Source of the DNA: Arcobacteraceae bacterium
Lineage (GTDB): Bacteria; Campylobacterota; Campylobacteria; Campylobacterales; Arcobacteraceae
Assembly (NCBI GenBank): GCA_963662945.1
Contig: OY759974.1
Span: forward strand, 480,001-544,000
Direction: 5' to 3'
DNA: 64,000 nt
The notes beneath the pieces are model-generated. The model did not search any database, had not been told where the DNA came from, and saw only the letters and a list, made by a program, of their open reading frames with translations. The position numbers and the translations under genes were made by a program. Below, piece after piece: positions 48,945 to 60,211 of this stretch. Position 1 is the first letter of the stretch. Each line of letters begins with the position of its first letter.

Positions 48945-49676
48945 TTATTCCTCTATTTGTTTTTTTCTATACTGTTCATATGAGTCTCGTAAAAATGGAT
49001 ACAAATCTATTGCATCTTTTTTCATAATTTCATAGTTTTTATAGGTAAATGATATGTTATTAACTTGTTCAAACACTTTTAATCCCATTGAATCTTCATA
49101 ATTATTCACCAAGTTATGTGCTCTATCTTCATAATATGAGGTAGGATTTAAATAAGAATCAACACCAAAAGAACCAATACTATCTCTTAAGTTTGATGGT
49201 CCAAAAAATGGCCAAACTATATGAAAGCCACTTCCAACGCCCCAATACCCCAAAGTTTGTCCAAAATCTTCATTATGTGGATATATCTTAAAATTATCCT
49301 GCCCTACATCAACAAAACCTAAAATCCCAATTGTACTATTTAATACAAATCGTTCAGTCTCTTCTAATGCATTTTGAAATTTTAATTGTAAAACATTATT
49401 CACAAATCGTACTGGAAACAGTAAATTATGAAAAACATTTTTAATACCCTTTCGAATATCTTCATGAACAATATCTCCATATGTCCTAGCAACAGGAGAT
49501 AACACATACTCATATGTTACATCATTAAAGCTTGTCATTACCCTATTAAATCCACTTAAAGGGTCAATACGTTTTTCTACTTTTATCTCTTCTTCAAAAT
49601 CATCAAAAGAGTCACTACTATATAAAGATGAAGTAAAAGATACAATTAAAAATATAAAACTAAATATAAATCGCAT
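48945..49676 (-). CDS. mlaA: VacJ/MlaA family protein
   Basis: DPLSGFNRVMTSFND, NSTIGILG, EDFGQTLGYWGVGSG..PFFGPSNLRD. Confidence 0.93.
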   Translation of the reverse strand: MRFIFSFIFLIVSFTSSLYSSDSFDDFEEEIKVEKRIDPLSGFNRVMTSFNDVTYEYVLSPVARTYGDIVHEDIRKGIKNVFHNLLFPVRFVNNVLQLKFQNALEETERFVLNSTIGILGFVDVGQDNFKIYPHNEDFGQTLGYWGVGSGFHIVWPFFGPSNLRDSIGSFGVDSYLNPTSYYEDRAHNLVNNYEDSMGLKVFEQVNNISFTYKNYEIMKKDAIDLYPFLRDSYEQYRKKQIEE

Positions 49677-49678
49677 CT

Positions 49679-50326
49679 TTATCCTACTTTAAAAGTTTTT
49701 GTTGTTTTACAAACATCTGTTAAAAAACATTTGTCACACTCTGGTTTTACCGCTTTACAAATATATCTTCCAAACAATACCATAGCTTGGTGAAATATAT
49801 GCAAATCTTCTTTGAGCTTTTTTACAAGTTGAGCTTCTGTCTGCTCTACTGTTTTAGCGTCACTAAGCCCTAACCTATGGGAAACTCTAAATACATGAGT
49901 ATCAACAGCCATTAAATTAGCACCATCAGCTTCAATCATAAATACATTTGCTGTTTTATTTCCAACACCTGCAAGTTTTATAAGCTGTTTTGTATCATGA
50001 GGTATCTCTCCATTGTGCAATTCTTGTACCGACTGAGCCATTGCTATAATATTTTTTGCTTTATTATTAAAAAAACTACAGCTTTTCAATAACTCTTTAA
50101 CATCTTCTAAAGAAGCTTCTGCTAATTCTTTAGGAGATGGATATTTTTCAAAAAGTGCAGGAGTAATTATATTAACCCTCTTATCAGTGCATTGTGCTGA
50201 TAGAATTATAGCAATCAGTAATTCAAAGTCATTTGTATAACTAAGTTCCGTCACAGCTTCACTATAATGTTCTAAAAATTTATCTCTAATAAATTCTATA
50301 TCTTTTTTTGTCGCTTTTTTACTCAT
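49679..50326 (-). CDS. nth: Endonuclease III
   Basis: LSAQCTD, LAGVGNKTA, VDTHV, C-x6-C-x2-C-x5-C Fe-S motif. Confidence 0.96.
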   Translation of the reverse strand: MSKKATKKDIEFIRDKFLEHYSEAVTELSYTNDFELLIAIILSAQCTDKRVNIITPALFEKYPSPKELAEASLEDVKELLKSCSFFNNKAKNIIAMAQSVQELHNGEIPHDTKQLIKLAGVGNKTANVFMIEADGANLMAVDTHVFRVSHRLGLSDAKTVEQTEAQLVKKLKEDLHIFHQAMVLFGRYICKAVKPECDKCFLTDVCKTTKTFKVG

Positions 50327-50354
50327 AATCGGGATTATATCTAAAGTTAGCTTT

Positions 50355-50957
50355 TTATTTTAAAATTATATTAATAATTTTCATAGCTAAATACAATGCT
50401 TGTACTCTGTGTCCTATTTTTTTCTTAATATTTTCATCCAAAACACCTAATGTTGTATCATACCCATTTGGAATAAATAATGGGTCATATCCAAAACCAC
50501 ACTCACCTATAGATTTATCAATAACATCTCCATACAGCCAACCGTGTGTAGTATAAATATTATTTTGATAAGCGATTGCTAAACAAGCAGTATAAAATGC
50601 TTCTGTTCTCTTTATATCTTTTTCCTGTAATTTCATAATAAGTTTTTGATTATTTTCTTCATCAGTTGCATTCATTCCTGCATATCTTGCACTATATATA
50701 TTTGGTTCATTATCTAAAATGGGTACTGTTAACCCACTATCATCAGCTATTACTATAGAATCATTTTCCCCGATCTCTTGAAGTTTTTTAATTACAGCTT
50801 TTGCTTTTATAATCGCATTCTCTTTAAAACTCTTTCCATCTTCAACAATTTCAAAACTTCCTAATAAATCACTATATGCAACTACCTCAACATCTGGTAA
50901 TAATTTTTGAATCTCTTTTATTTTCCCTTTATTTGATGAGGCTAATACTATCTTCAT
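50355..50957 (-). CDS. rdgB: Non-canonical purine NTP pyrophosphatase
   Basis: [43 protein letters not shown]. Confidence 0.95.
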   Translation of the reverse strand: MKIVLASSNKGKIKEIQKLLPDVEVVAYSDLLGSFEIVEDGKSFKENAIIKAKAVIKKLQEIGENDSIVIADDSGLTVPILDNEPNIYSARYAGMNATDEENNQKLIMKLQEKDIKRTEAFYTACLAIAYQNNIYTTHGWLYGDVIDKSIGECGFGYDPLFIPNGYDTTLGVLDENIKKKIGHRVQALYLAMKIINIILK

Positions 50958-51066
50958 ACACTATCCTAAATAATTTTTTAAAATATTAACATAATAACTT
51001 TTACATTTAAACCAATTAACTTACATTTAGATATAATCGCAAAAATTTATTATAAGGCTTATTCAA

Positions 51067-52395
51067 ATGTTTAAAACTATTATGCCATTAAGTTTAATTA
51101 TCTCATTTAGATTTTTAGGACTTTTTATAGTGCTTCCATTGATTTCTGTATATGCACTAAGTTTACCAGGTGCTACAACAACATTAGTTGGTATAGTAAT
51201 AGGTGGTTATGCGATAACTCAAATGATTTTTCAAGTTCCATTTGGAATCATTAGTGACAAATTAGGAAGAAAAGAAACAATTATTATGGGACTATTGCTT
51301 TTTGCAATTGGTTCTATTCTTTGTGCTATTGCTACAGATATGCTTACTCTTTTATTAGGTAGATTTTTGCAAGGTGCTGGTGCTATTGGTGCAGTTGTTA
51401 CTGCTATGATTAGTGACTTAGTTAAAGAGGAACAACGACCAAAAGCTATGGCTTTAATGGGTGGAAGTATTGCAGCAAGTTTTGCATTAGCAATGTTATT
51501 AGGTCCAATTATTGGAGCATATGCAGGAATTGGAAGTTTATTTTGGCTTACAGCACTATTAGCTATTGGTTCAATTTTTATTTTAGTAAAACTTGTACCA
51601 AATGCACCTCATGTAACTCATACTTATCATAACCATAGTAAAACAGCATTTTTAGTAAAGCCTGAGCTTATCAAAATGAACATCACAAATTTTTTACAAA
51701 AAGGGATGATGACTTTTGCTTTTATGATAATACCAATTATCCTTACTAAATCATTTGATTGGGAATTAACTGATCTTTGGAAAATATATCTTCCAGCTAT
51801 GATTGCTGGAGTTTTAGCTATGGGACCAGCAGCAGTAATGGCTGAGAAAAAAGGAAAATTTAAAGAAGTATTATTACTTGGAATTGTATTTTTTGCATTA
51901 TCATTTTCTTTTATTGGATATGCAAATACACAAGTATTCTTTTTAGTAGGTATCATAATATTTTTTATCGGATTTAATATGCATGAACCAATTATGCAAA
52001 GTTTAACTACAAGATATATCAAAGTTCATGAAAAAGGGAAAGTTTTAGGTGTATTTAACTCTTTTGGTTATCTTGGTACATTCGTTGGTGGTTTTGTTGG
52101 TGGTATTTATTTAAAAGAGATTGATGGAAGTTTTATACAAAGTTTACATGATATTTCAATTGTTGTTGTAATAATTTCAATATTATGGTTATTGTTAATT
52201 TTAACTTTACCAAATCCTTTAAAGAAAAGAAATCTCTATCTTCATATAGAAAATTGTGATGAAAATAAATATACACAATTAGATACATTAAATGGAATTG
52301 ATGAATGGTATTTAAATAATACAGAAAAACTTTTAGTTATCAAATATGATCAAGAATTAATCAGTGAAGAAACAATTAAAAAAACAATAGAATAA
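51067..52395 (+). CDS. MFS transporter (YajR-like)
   Basis: About 12 TM; SDKLGRK, GRFLQGAGAIG; soluble C-terminal tail. Confidence 0.9.
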   Translation: MFKTIMPLSLIISFRFLGLFIVLPLISVYALSLPGATTTLVGIVIGGYAITQMIFQVPFGIISDKLGRKETIIMGLLLFAIGSILCAIATDMLTLLLGRFLQGAGAIGAVVTAMISDLVKEEQRPKAMALMGGSIAASFALAMLLGPIIGAYAGIGSLFWLTALLAIGSIFILVKLVPNAPHVTHTYHNHSKTAFLVKPELIKMNITNFLQKGMMTFAFMIIPIILTKSFDWELTDLWKIYLPAMIAGVLAMGPAAVMAEKKGKFKEVLLLGIVFFALSFSFIGYANTQVFFLVGIIIFFIGFNMHEPIMQSLTTRYIKVHEKGKVLGVFNSFGYLGTFVGGFVGGIYLKEIDGSFIQSLHDISIVVVIISILWLLLILTLPNPLKKRNLYLHIENCDENKYTQLDTLNGIDEWYLNNTEKLLVIKYDQELISEETIKKTIE

Positions 52396-52456
52396 TTATT
52401 AATATTTTATTAATAGATTTTATATACAATATCACATATTGTCACTAGGAAAATAG

Positions 52457-55400
52457 ATGTTTGAAAAATTTTTACGATTTTTTGTTGATAACTCAAGAAT
52501 GAATTATGTTCTTTTTATTTTAATTTTTGCTTTAGGTATTTGGTCTTATATAAAAATGCCAAAAGAGATCTTTCCAACATTTGATATGGACATGATTTCA
52601 ATCAGTGGTTCTTATACTGGTGCAAGTGTTGATATTCTTGATAAAATGGCAGTAAGTGAAATTGAAGATAATGTTAAATCTTTAGAAGGAGTTATAGAAA
52701 CGACAACTGTAATTAGTCCTGGTAAATTTACTATTATCTTGGAACTTCAAAAGGGAAAAGATCGATATAATATGGCAGATAAAGTTAAAGATGCTGTTGC
52801 TTTAACTAAAGGAGATCTTCCTAGTGATATGGATGAACCAACAGTAAGTGTTGTAGAAAGAAGTAGAGATTTAATCAATATTTCTCTTACATCTGACAAA
52901 TTTACTGTAGATCAAATGAAAAAATTTGCTGATGATTTCAAAAGTCAAATATTAACTATTAGTGGTATAAGTGAAGTAACAGTTTTTGGAGATAGCGATA
53001 AATATTATGAAATCCTTTTAGATGATAAAAAACTTGAAGCTTATGATATAGATAAAAATGAACTTTTTAATACTATTGGAACCTTATCGTATATATTTCC
53101 TATTGGAAAAATTGAAGGGACAACTAAACATTATTATATTTCTACATACAATGGAGCAAAAACTGCTAATGAGCTAGCAAATACACTTATAAAACTATCC
53201 AATGCAACACTCTATTTACGAGATATTGCAACGATTAAAAAAAGGTATGAAGACTCAGACACTCTTTACTCTTTCAATGGAAAAGATTCTATTTCCCTTG
53301 CTGTAAAGCAACTAGATACTGCAAATGCCATGAAGATATCTGAAGATATCAAACAACTTATTCAAAAAGTACAACCAAAACAGCCAAATATAGAGATTAG
53401 TATTAGTGATGATAATAGTGATAGGATAAAAGAAAGACTTGATATTGTAGGTTCTAATATTTTAATTGGAATCATTGCAATAGTTGTTCTAATTTGGTTA
53501 CTTATTAATGCCCGAATGTCATTTATAATCTTTATAGGTATCCCTACATCTTTTGTTATAGCTGCAGTTTACATGTATCTTTTTGGTTATAGTATTAATC
53601 TAATTTCACTAGTAGGAGTACTTATAGCCATAGGTATTGTTGTTGATGATGCTATAGTTGTAAGTGAGAATATTCAACAACATATTGAAGATGGTTGGGA
53701 ACCCAAGGAAGCTGCCATTGCAGGAGCCAAAGAGATGGTAGAACCTGTTACGATTGCTAGTCTTACGACACTTTTTTCATTTTTACCAGCTTTAATGATA
53801 AGTGGTACTATGGGAGAAGTTATGAAACTTATACCTATTGCACTCTCAGCACTTGTAGTTGCATCTCTAATAGAAACATTTTTATTCCTTCCAATTCACG
53901 CAGCACACACTCTAAAAAATGGCGCTAAAGTTACTGATTGGTCAAAAATAAATCTTACATATAATTATGCAATCCATTTTTTTATGCGATGGAAAAAATC
54001 ATTTTTAGTTATATTTATAATTTTAGTACCTTTATTAACAGCTATAATGGTTAAAAACTCAAAATTTCAAATGTTTCCAACTTTTGATGCTGATGACATT
54101 AAAATATCAATTAAAGCAAATCAAAATACAACATTAGAAGAATCTTTTGAAATAGTGAAGAAAATTGAAGCTGATCTTATTGCAAAAAAAGAACAATATC
54201 ATATTAAAAGTATTGATTCAAGAGCTGGTTATAGAAAAGACAGTGGAAACAATACAGAAAAATTTTCTTATGTAATGTATATGACTGTCGAATTAGAAAA
54301 ACTTAAAGCTAATAATATTTTAGATAAATATATAACACCTTACTTAAGTATTTATTATAATCCAGATGAAAGAAAAAGAACTTTAACCTCCCAAGAACTC
54401 TCTCGTGAATTAACAAAGTTTTTAAATGAAAAAGATTATAAAAAACAATTTAATCTTACTGATATATCTGTATTAGAAAGAAAAGTAGGACCTATTAAAG
54501 CAGACATTAAAATAGGACTTGTTTCAAGTGATGACACAAAAATTATTAAATCATTAGAGTTACTCACTAAAGAATTAAAAGCCATAGATGGAACGAAATC
54601 TGTTGCAAATTCTGCAAAGCTTGGAATTGATGAAATAAAACTAAAAGTTAATGCATATGGAGAACAACTAGGGATAACCGAATCAAGTATCGGAACTTAT
54701 CTTTCAAATCTCTATCTTACAAAGAAAAAATCAGTTTCATTTGATATTAAAGATATGCTTGATATTAAAATAGAATCCTTGAATAAAGATGATTTTGAAA
54801 CATTTAAAAAAACACCTATTCCAATCAATAATGGAACAGTTAGATTAAATGAAATATGTGATTTTATTGTTAAAAAATCTTTTGAACAACTCACAAAGGA
54901 TAACGGTGAAAAAAACTTTTATATTTATGCAAATGTGGACACAAAAATCATTACTTCTTCAGAAGTTATGGAAAAAATCCAACCACTTTTAGATGAAATT
55001 CAAAAAAATGGTATCAAAATAGTTCTCAAAGGAGAAGCTAAAAAGAAAAAAGAATTAGCCCAAGATATGTTAGCTGCAGTAGCATTAGCTTTAACACTTA
55101 TTATGCTTTCTATGTTATATTTATTTAACTCATTTAGAGAAACAGCAATTTTAATGTCAGTTATACCTTTTTCATTTTTAGGAGTACTTATTGGTCATCA
55201 ACTCTTAGGTTTAAATCTTTCAATGCCATCAATAATTGGAGCTTTAGGATTAGCAGGTGTTGTTATAAATGATGGTATTATTATGATGACTTATTTAAAA
55301 AAAGCTAAAACAATCGAAGATGTATTTATACGAGCAACAAAAAGGTTCAGACCAATTGTTCTTACAACTGTAACAACACTCATAGGAATGAGTTCATTAA

Positions 55401-55534
55401 TCTTTTTTGCTACAGGACAAGCAGTCATCTTCCAACCAATTGCCATAGCTCTTGGATTTGGACTTGCATGGGGAACAATATTAAATCTTATATATCTTCC
55501 TGTATTATATACTTTTGCACACAGATTAAAATAG
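52457..55534 (+). CDS. AcrB/RND-family efflux permease
   Basis: EIFP, GIVVDDAIVVSENI, GVVINDGI, RFRPIVLTTVTT. Confidence 0.93.
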   Translation: MFEKFLRFFVDNSRMNYVLFILIFALGIWSYIKMPKEIFPTFDMDMISISGSYTGASVDILDKMAVSEIEDNVKSLEGVIETTTVISPGKFTIILELQKGKDRYNMADKVKDAVALTKGDLPSDMDEPTVSVVERSRDLINISLTSDKFTVDQMKKFADDFKSQILTISGISEVTVFGDSDKYYEILLDDKKLEAYDIDKNELFNTIGTLSYIFPIGKIEGTTKHYYISTYNGAKTANELANTLIKLSNATLYLRDIATIKKRYEDSDTLYSFNGKDSISLAVKQLDTANAMKISEDIKQLIQKVQPKQPNIEISISDDNSDRIKERLDIVGSNILIGIIAIVVLIWLLINARMSFIIFIGIPTSFVIAAVYMYLFGYSINLISLVGVLIAIGIVVDDAIVVSENIQQHIEDGWEPKEAAIAGAKEMVEPVTIASLTTLFSFLPALMISGTMGEVMKLIPIALSALVVASLIETFLFLPIHAAHTLKNGAKVTDWSKINLTYNYAIHFFMRWKKSFLVIFIILVPLLTAIMVKNSKFQMFPTFDADDIKISIKANQNTTLEESFEIVKKIEADLIAKKEQYHIKSIDSRAGYRKDSGNNTEKFSYVMYMTVELEKLKANNILDKYITPYLSIYYNPDERKRTLTSQELSRELTKFLNEKDYKKQFNLTDISVLERKVGPIKADIKIGLVSSDDTKIIKSLELLTKELKAIDGTKSVANSAKLGIDEIKLKVNAYGEQLGITESSIGTYLSNLYLTKKKSVSFDIKDMLDIKIESLNKDDFETFKKTPIPINNGTVRLNEICDFIVKKSFEQLTKDNGEKNFYIYANVDTKIITSSEVMEKIQPLLDEIQKNGIKIVLKGEAKKKKELAQDMLAAVALALTLIMLSMLYLFNSFRETAILMSVIPFSFLGVLIGHQLLGLNLSMPSIIGALGLAGVVINDGIIMMTYLKKAKTIEDVFIRATKRFRPIVLTTVTTLIGMSSLIFFATGQAVIFQPIAIALGFGLAWGTILNLIYLPVLYTFAHRLK

Positions 55535-55597
55535 ATTAAATGAACTATAATCATCTTTTAGCTAAACTTATTGTCTATTTTTTATTAAGGAAAAACA

Positions 55598-57826
55598 TTG
55601 TTTAAAAAAATTATTTTACTCTCAACCCTTTATAGCACCTTACTTTTTAGTGATGGTACATTTGAAAACATTCAATTTGAAGGATTAACACAGATATCAA
55701 AAGAAGTTGCCTTAGAAACTATTAAATTAAAACAAGAAAATCATTATACAAATGACGAAATAAATGAGGCAATAAATAAATTTTATACTTTCAATTATTT
55801 TCAAGATATATCTGTAACAACACAAGGAAATGATTTAGTTTTTAACTTTAAAGAATATCCATTTATATCACAACTTGAGATGACTGGTTATAAAAATAGA
55901 GAAGATGATTTAGAAGTATTGTATACAGCAATGAATATAAAAAAAGGTGCAATGTATACGAAGAAAAGAATAGAATCTGCAAAAAATGCACTTCTAGCAG
56001 CACTAGATAGAGAAGGATATATAAACTCAGTAGTTGAAGTTGAAGTTGAAGATATTAGTGATACTAGTGTTGCTATAAAATTTAATGTTAATAAAGGTGA
56101 AGAAATCATTATTAAGAAAGTTTTATACAAAGGGGCAACAATATTTACAGATAGTGATTTTGAAACAATGATTGCAAATAAAGAGGAAGATTGTTGTTTC
56201 ACATGGTTTTTTGGACAAAATGATGGTGAAATAAATTTTGAAGAATTACGAATGGATAGCCCACGAATTAGAGAACTTTATTTACAAAATGGTTACTTAG
56301 ATGCGAAAGTTTCTGCTGCTTTTACAAAAATAGATTTTAATGCTAATACTGCTCAAATTGAATATATCATTACAGAAGGTAAACAATATAAAGTTAACGA
56401 TACAATTATTTATATAGATGAAAGTATCGTAAAAAGTGAGACAATCTATCCAAAACTAAAACTTGAAAAAAATGATATATTTGATATTAGCCAATTAAGA
56501 AAAGATCAAGAATATATCAAAACACAAGTTGCAAATCAAGGATATGCTTTTGCCGAAGTAAATTTTGATATTAAACCAAATAAAGAAAATAACACTGTAG
56601 ATATTGTTTATAATGTAATTCCAGGTGATAAAGTATATATCAATGATGTAATCATTGCAGGAAATAGTAGAACATTAGATAGAGTTATTAGAAGAGATAT
56701 TTATTTAGTTCCTGGTGATCTTTTTAATTTAACAGATTTTAAAGATTCTAAAAATAAATTACAAAGAACAGGTTATTTTGAAACAACAGATATTCAACAA
56801 AAAAGAATTAGTTCAGATAAAATGGATTTAATTGTAAATGTTACAGAAGCACCAACTGGAAACCTTATTTTTGGGGGAGGATATGGAAGTTATGAAGGTT
56901 GGATGTTAAATGCCAGCGTTAATGACTCAAATATCTTTGGAAGTGGTATGAATCTTGGGGTATCAATAGATTACTCAAAAATCAATACTGATTTATCTAT
57001 TGCACTTACTAATCCAGCAATTAGAGATAGTGAATACAGTGGTACTATCAAAGTTTATAATGAAGATTCAGAAATAGAAAATTACACTTCAACCTATGGA
57101 GATAGAGATACAAGTAGTACAGGTTTTCTTATAGGAGTTTCAAAAGCAATTGGACGACATACAAGAGCAGGTGTAAATTATGAAATTTCTGATACATCAA
57201 TCCACTATCAATTATTACCTTCAGCAAATGAAGATTTTATTACAAGTGCAATTACACCATATATAAACTTTAATAATACAGATGACTATTTTTTACCAAG
57301 AGAAGGGTTTATTGCGGGAACTAGTTACAAGTTTGCTGGTATTGGAGGAGATGCAAAATATGGCTTAAGTAATACATATTTTAAATATTTTTATGGTTTA
57401 GAAGAGCTCATAGATTATGATGTAATTTTTAGATATAAGAACAATATTAAAATCCTAACAGACAATGGTTTTATGCCAAACAATATGTCATTTGCACTTG
57501 GAGGTCCTAAAAGTTTAAGAGGATATGAATCATATGCATTTCAATCAAGTGATGAAGCAAATCATCCTTATAAACACTTTTTTTCAAATGCAATTGAATT
57601 AAGTTTACCATTAATCCCAAGTGCAAAGATGAGATGGGGTGTATTCTATGACTACGGTATGATAGGTGAAAATAATTTTACAGATATTAAAAGATCTGGA
57701 ACTGGTGCATTTTTATCATGGAATTCACCTGTAGGTCCTATCCAGTTTATCTTCTCACAACCACTTGATGATAAACCAAATGATAAAACATCAAGTTTTG
57801 AATTTAGTTTAGGTGGAAGTTTCTAA
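55598..57826 (+). CDS. bamA: Outer-membrane protein assembly factor BamA
   Basis: POTRA repeats, GNSRTLDRVIRR, GGGYGS, LRGY, WNSPVGP, FEFSLGGSF; TTG start. Confidence 0.95.
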   Translation: MFKKIILLSTLYSTLLFSDGTFENIQFEGLTQISKEVALETIKLKQENHYTNDEINEAINKFYTFNYFQDISVTTQGNDLVFNFKEYPFISQLEMTGYKNREDDLEVLYTAMNIKKGAMYTKKRIESAKNALLAALDREGYINSVVEVEVEDISDTSVAIKFNVNKGEEIIIKKVLYKGATIFTDSDFETMIANKEEDCCFTWFFGQNDGEINFEELRMDSPRIRELYLQNGYLDAKVSAAFTKIDFNANTAQIEYIITEGKQYKVNDTIIYIDESIVKSETIYPKLKLEKNDIFDISQLRKDQEYIKTQVANQGYAFAEVNFDIKPNKENNTVDIVYNVIPGDKVYINDVIIAGNSRTLDRVIRRDIYLVPGDLFNLTDFKDSKNKLQRTGYFETTDIQQKRISSDKMDLIVNVTEAPTGNLIFGGGYGSYEGWMLNASVNDSNIFGSGMNLGVSIDYSKINTDLSIALTNPAIRDSEYSGTIKVYNEDSEIENYTSTYGDRDTSSTGFLIGVSKAIGRHTRAGVNYEISDTSIHYQLLPSANEDFITSAITPYINFNNTDDYFLPREGFIAGTSYKFAGIGGDAKYGLSNTYFKYFYGLEELIDYDVIFRYKNNIKILTDNGFMPNNMSFALGGPKSLRGYESYAFQSSDEANHPYKHFFSNAIELSLPLIPSAKMRWGVFYDYGMIGENNFTDIKRSGTGAFLSWNSPVGPIQFIFSQPLDDKPNDKTSSFEFSLGGSF

Positions 57827-58872
57827 TGTCAAGATTGACAAATAAAGAAGCTTTAGATTTAATTCAAAATGCTTCTCTTATAGATTTAGGAATTATGGCT
57901 AGTGCTAAAAAGTCAGAATTACATCCTAAAAAAGTGACTACTTTTGTTGTTGATAGAAATATAAATTATACAAATATCTGTTGGGTAGATTGTAAATTTT
58001 GTGCTTTTTATCGACATGCAAAAGATGAAGATGCTTATATCTTAACCTATGAAGAGATAGATAAAAAAATAGATGAATTACTTGAAATTGGTGGTACACA
58101 AATTCTTTTTCAAGGTGGAGTTCATCCAAAATTAAAAATAGATTTTTATGAAGATTTAGTTGAACATATTCATAATAAATACCCAACTATTACAATCCAT
58201 GGATTTAGTGCTATTGAAATAGATTATATATCAAAAATCTCAAAAATTAGTTATAACGAAGTATTAGCAAGACTGAAGGCAAAAGGTCTAGCTTCTATTC
58301 CTGGTGCTGGTGCTGAAATTTTAAATGATGATGTAAGAGATATTATAGCACCTAAAAAACTTGATACAAAAGATTGGTTAGAAGTACATAGACAAGCTCA
58401 TTTATTAGATATTAAATCAACTGCAACAATGATGTTTGGAACAGTTGAAACAGATGAACAAATTATCGACCATTGGGATAAAATACGACAACTACAAGAT
58501 GAAACAGGCGGTTTTAGAGCATATATTATGTGGAGTTTTCAATCAGCACATACAAAACTAGCTCAAGAATTACCAAATATACCACATCAAAGTTCAAATA
58601 GATATCTAAGACTTTTAGCAGTTGCAAGACTCTATTTAGATAACTTTCCAAATATACAAAGTTCTTGGGTAACTCAAGGAAGTTATATAGGACAACTTGC
58701 TCTTAAATTTGGTGCAAATGATTTAGGTAGTACTATGATGGAAGAAAATGTGGTAAGTGCTGCAGGAGCAACAAATAGTATGAATCAACAAGAGATGATT
58801 AACTTAATTAGAGATGTGGGGGAAAACCCAGCAAAGAGGGATACTGCTTATAATATTTTAGAAAGATTTTAA
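57826..58872 (+). CDS. mqnC: Cyclic dehypoxanthine futalosine synthase (radical SAM)
   Basis: DRNINYTNICWVDCKFCAF, PGAGAEIL, TATMMFG, QSSWVTQG, GANDLGSTMMEENVV. Confidence 0.94.
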   Translation: MSRLTNKEALDLIQNASLIDLGIMASAKKSELHPKKVTTFVVDRNINYTNICWVDCKFCAFYRHAKDEDAYILTYEEIDKKIDELLEIGGTQILFQGGVHPKLKIDFYEDLVEHIHNKYPTITIHGFSAIEIDYISKISKISYNEVLARLKAKGLASIPGAGAEILNDDVRDIIAPKKLDTKDWLEVHRQAHLLDIKSTATMMFGTVETDEQIIDHWDKIRQLQDETGGFRAYIMWSFQSAHTKLAQELPNIPHQSSNRYLRLLAVARLYLDNFPNIQSSWVTQGSYIGQLALKFGANDLGSTMMEENVVSAAGATNSMNQQEMINLIRDVGENPAKRDTAYNILERF

Positions 58873-58873
58873 T

Positions 58874-60211
58874 ATGGCATATTCGAAGAATTTGATTTAT
58901 AAAAAACTTTTTACTTTTTACTTTTTACTTTTTATTTTACAAGGAATGTTAATGTCAGCGACGCTAAAACAGATAGATTATAATAATACAGAAATTGCAA
59001 CTATTTACGAAAAAAACAAAAATTTACCAATATTTAATTTACAACTAGTATTTACAAATAGTGGTTACATTAATGATAACACAAAACCTGGAATAACTAA
59101 TATAATTTCACAACTTCTTAATGAAGGAACAAAAACAGATGGAGCTGTAAATTTTGCAAGAAAATTAGAAAATGAGGCTATTTCAATCAGTACCTCAACA
59201 GGCTTTGAAACATTTGTTATAGAAGTTAGCTGTTTAAAAAGTGAGTATAAAGCTGCTTTAAACTTTTTAGCACAACTTCTAAATGATCCAAATATCACAC
59301 AAAAATCATTAGATAAAATTAAGACATTGCAAATAAGTAAACTAAAACAAAAAGAAAATGATTTTGATTATGTTGCATCTTCTCATTTAAAACAAATTAC
59401 TTATAAAAACACCCCTTTAGAATATACTAGTTCAGGAACAATCGAAACAATAACTGCAATAGAACTTAAAGATGTAAAAAAACAATTAAAAACTATTTTA
59501 AACCTTGATAATCTTATTATTGCTGTAGGGGGAGATATTAGTTTTAAGGAGTTTTCATCAGATATATCTCCTATTTTGAAAAACTTACAATCTCTAGGAA
59601 AAACAAATTTTGAAAAAATTGAATATGCTAAAAAATCTCAAGAAAAAATAATTCTCAAAGAAACAGAACAATCATATATCTATTTTTCAAGCCCATTTTT
59701 TATTGATGCAGATTCAAAAGAAAATTATAAAGCAAAAGTTGCTTCTTTTATCCTTGGTGGAAGTGGTTTTGGAAGTCGTCTTATGGAAGAGATACGTGTT
59801 AAAAATGGTCTTGCTTACAGTGCCTATGGACAGATAAAAAACAATAAATCACATAGTAATTTTACTGGATATCTTCAAACAAAACTTGATAACACACAAA
59901 AAGCAAAAGAGATGGTTACTTCAATTGTAAAAGAATTTGTAAAAAATGGTGCTACACAAGAAGAGTTAGATGCAGCAAAAAACTTCTTAAGTGGTAGTGA
60001 ACCTTTACGTACTGAGACATTTTCACAAAGACTTAACAGAGCTTTTCATCTTTATTATAATGGGTTGGCATTTGAGTATCCACAACAAGAATTAGAACTT
60101 ATTGATAAATTATCATTAGAAGATTTAAATACATTTATTAAAGAACACAAAGAGATAGAAGATTTATCATTTTCTATCGTAACAAAAGAAGTTAAAGAGG
60201 AAAAAAATTAA
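58874..60211 (+). CDS. M16-family peptidase-like protein (non-catalytic type; start uncertain)
   Basis: [30 protein letters not shown]; no HxxEH; alternative start 58952 has an AAGGA RBS. Confidence 0.87.
   Translation: MAYSKNLIYKKLFTFYFLLFILQGMLMSATLKQIDYNNTEIATIYEKNKNLPIFNLQLVFTNSGYINDNTKPGITNIISQLLNEGTKTDGAVNFARKLENEAISISTSTGFETFVIEVSCLKSEYKAALNFLAQLLNDPNITQKSLDKIKTLQISKLKQKENDFDYVASSHLKQITYKNTPLEYTSSGTIETITAIELKDVKKQLKTILNLDNLIIAVGGDISFKEFSSDISPILKNLQSLGKTNFEKIEYAKKSQEKIILKETEQSYIYFSSPFFIDADSKENYKAKVASFILGGSGFGSRLMEEIRVKNGLAYSAYGQIKNNKSHSNFTGYLQTKLDNTQKAKEMVTSIVKEFVKNGATQEELDAAKNFLSGSEPLRTETFSQRLNRAFHLYYNGLAFEYPQQELELIDKLSLEDLNTFIKEHKEIEDLSFSIVTKEVKEEKN
58907..58934 (+). repeat. Tandem heptamer repeat (CTTTTTA)x4
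   Basis: Four perfect copies at the 5' end of the M16 gene. Confidence 0.8.
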
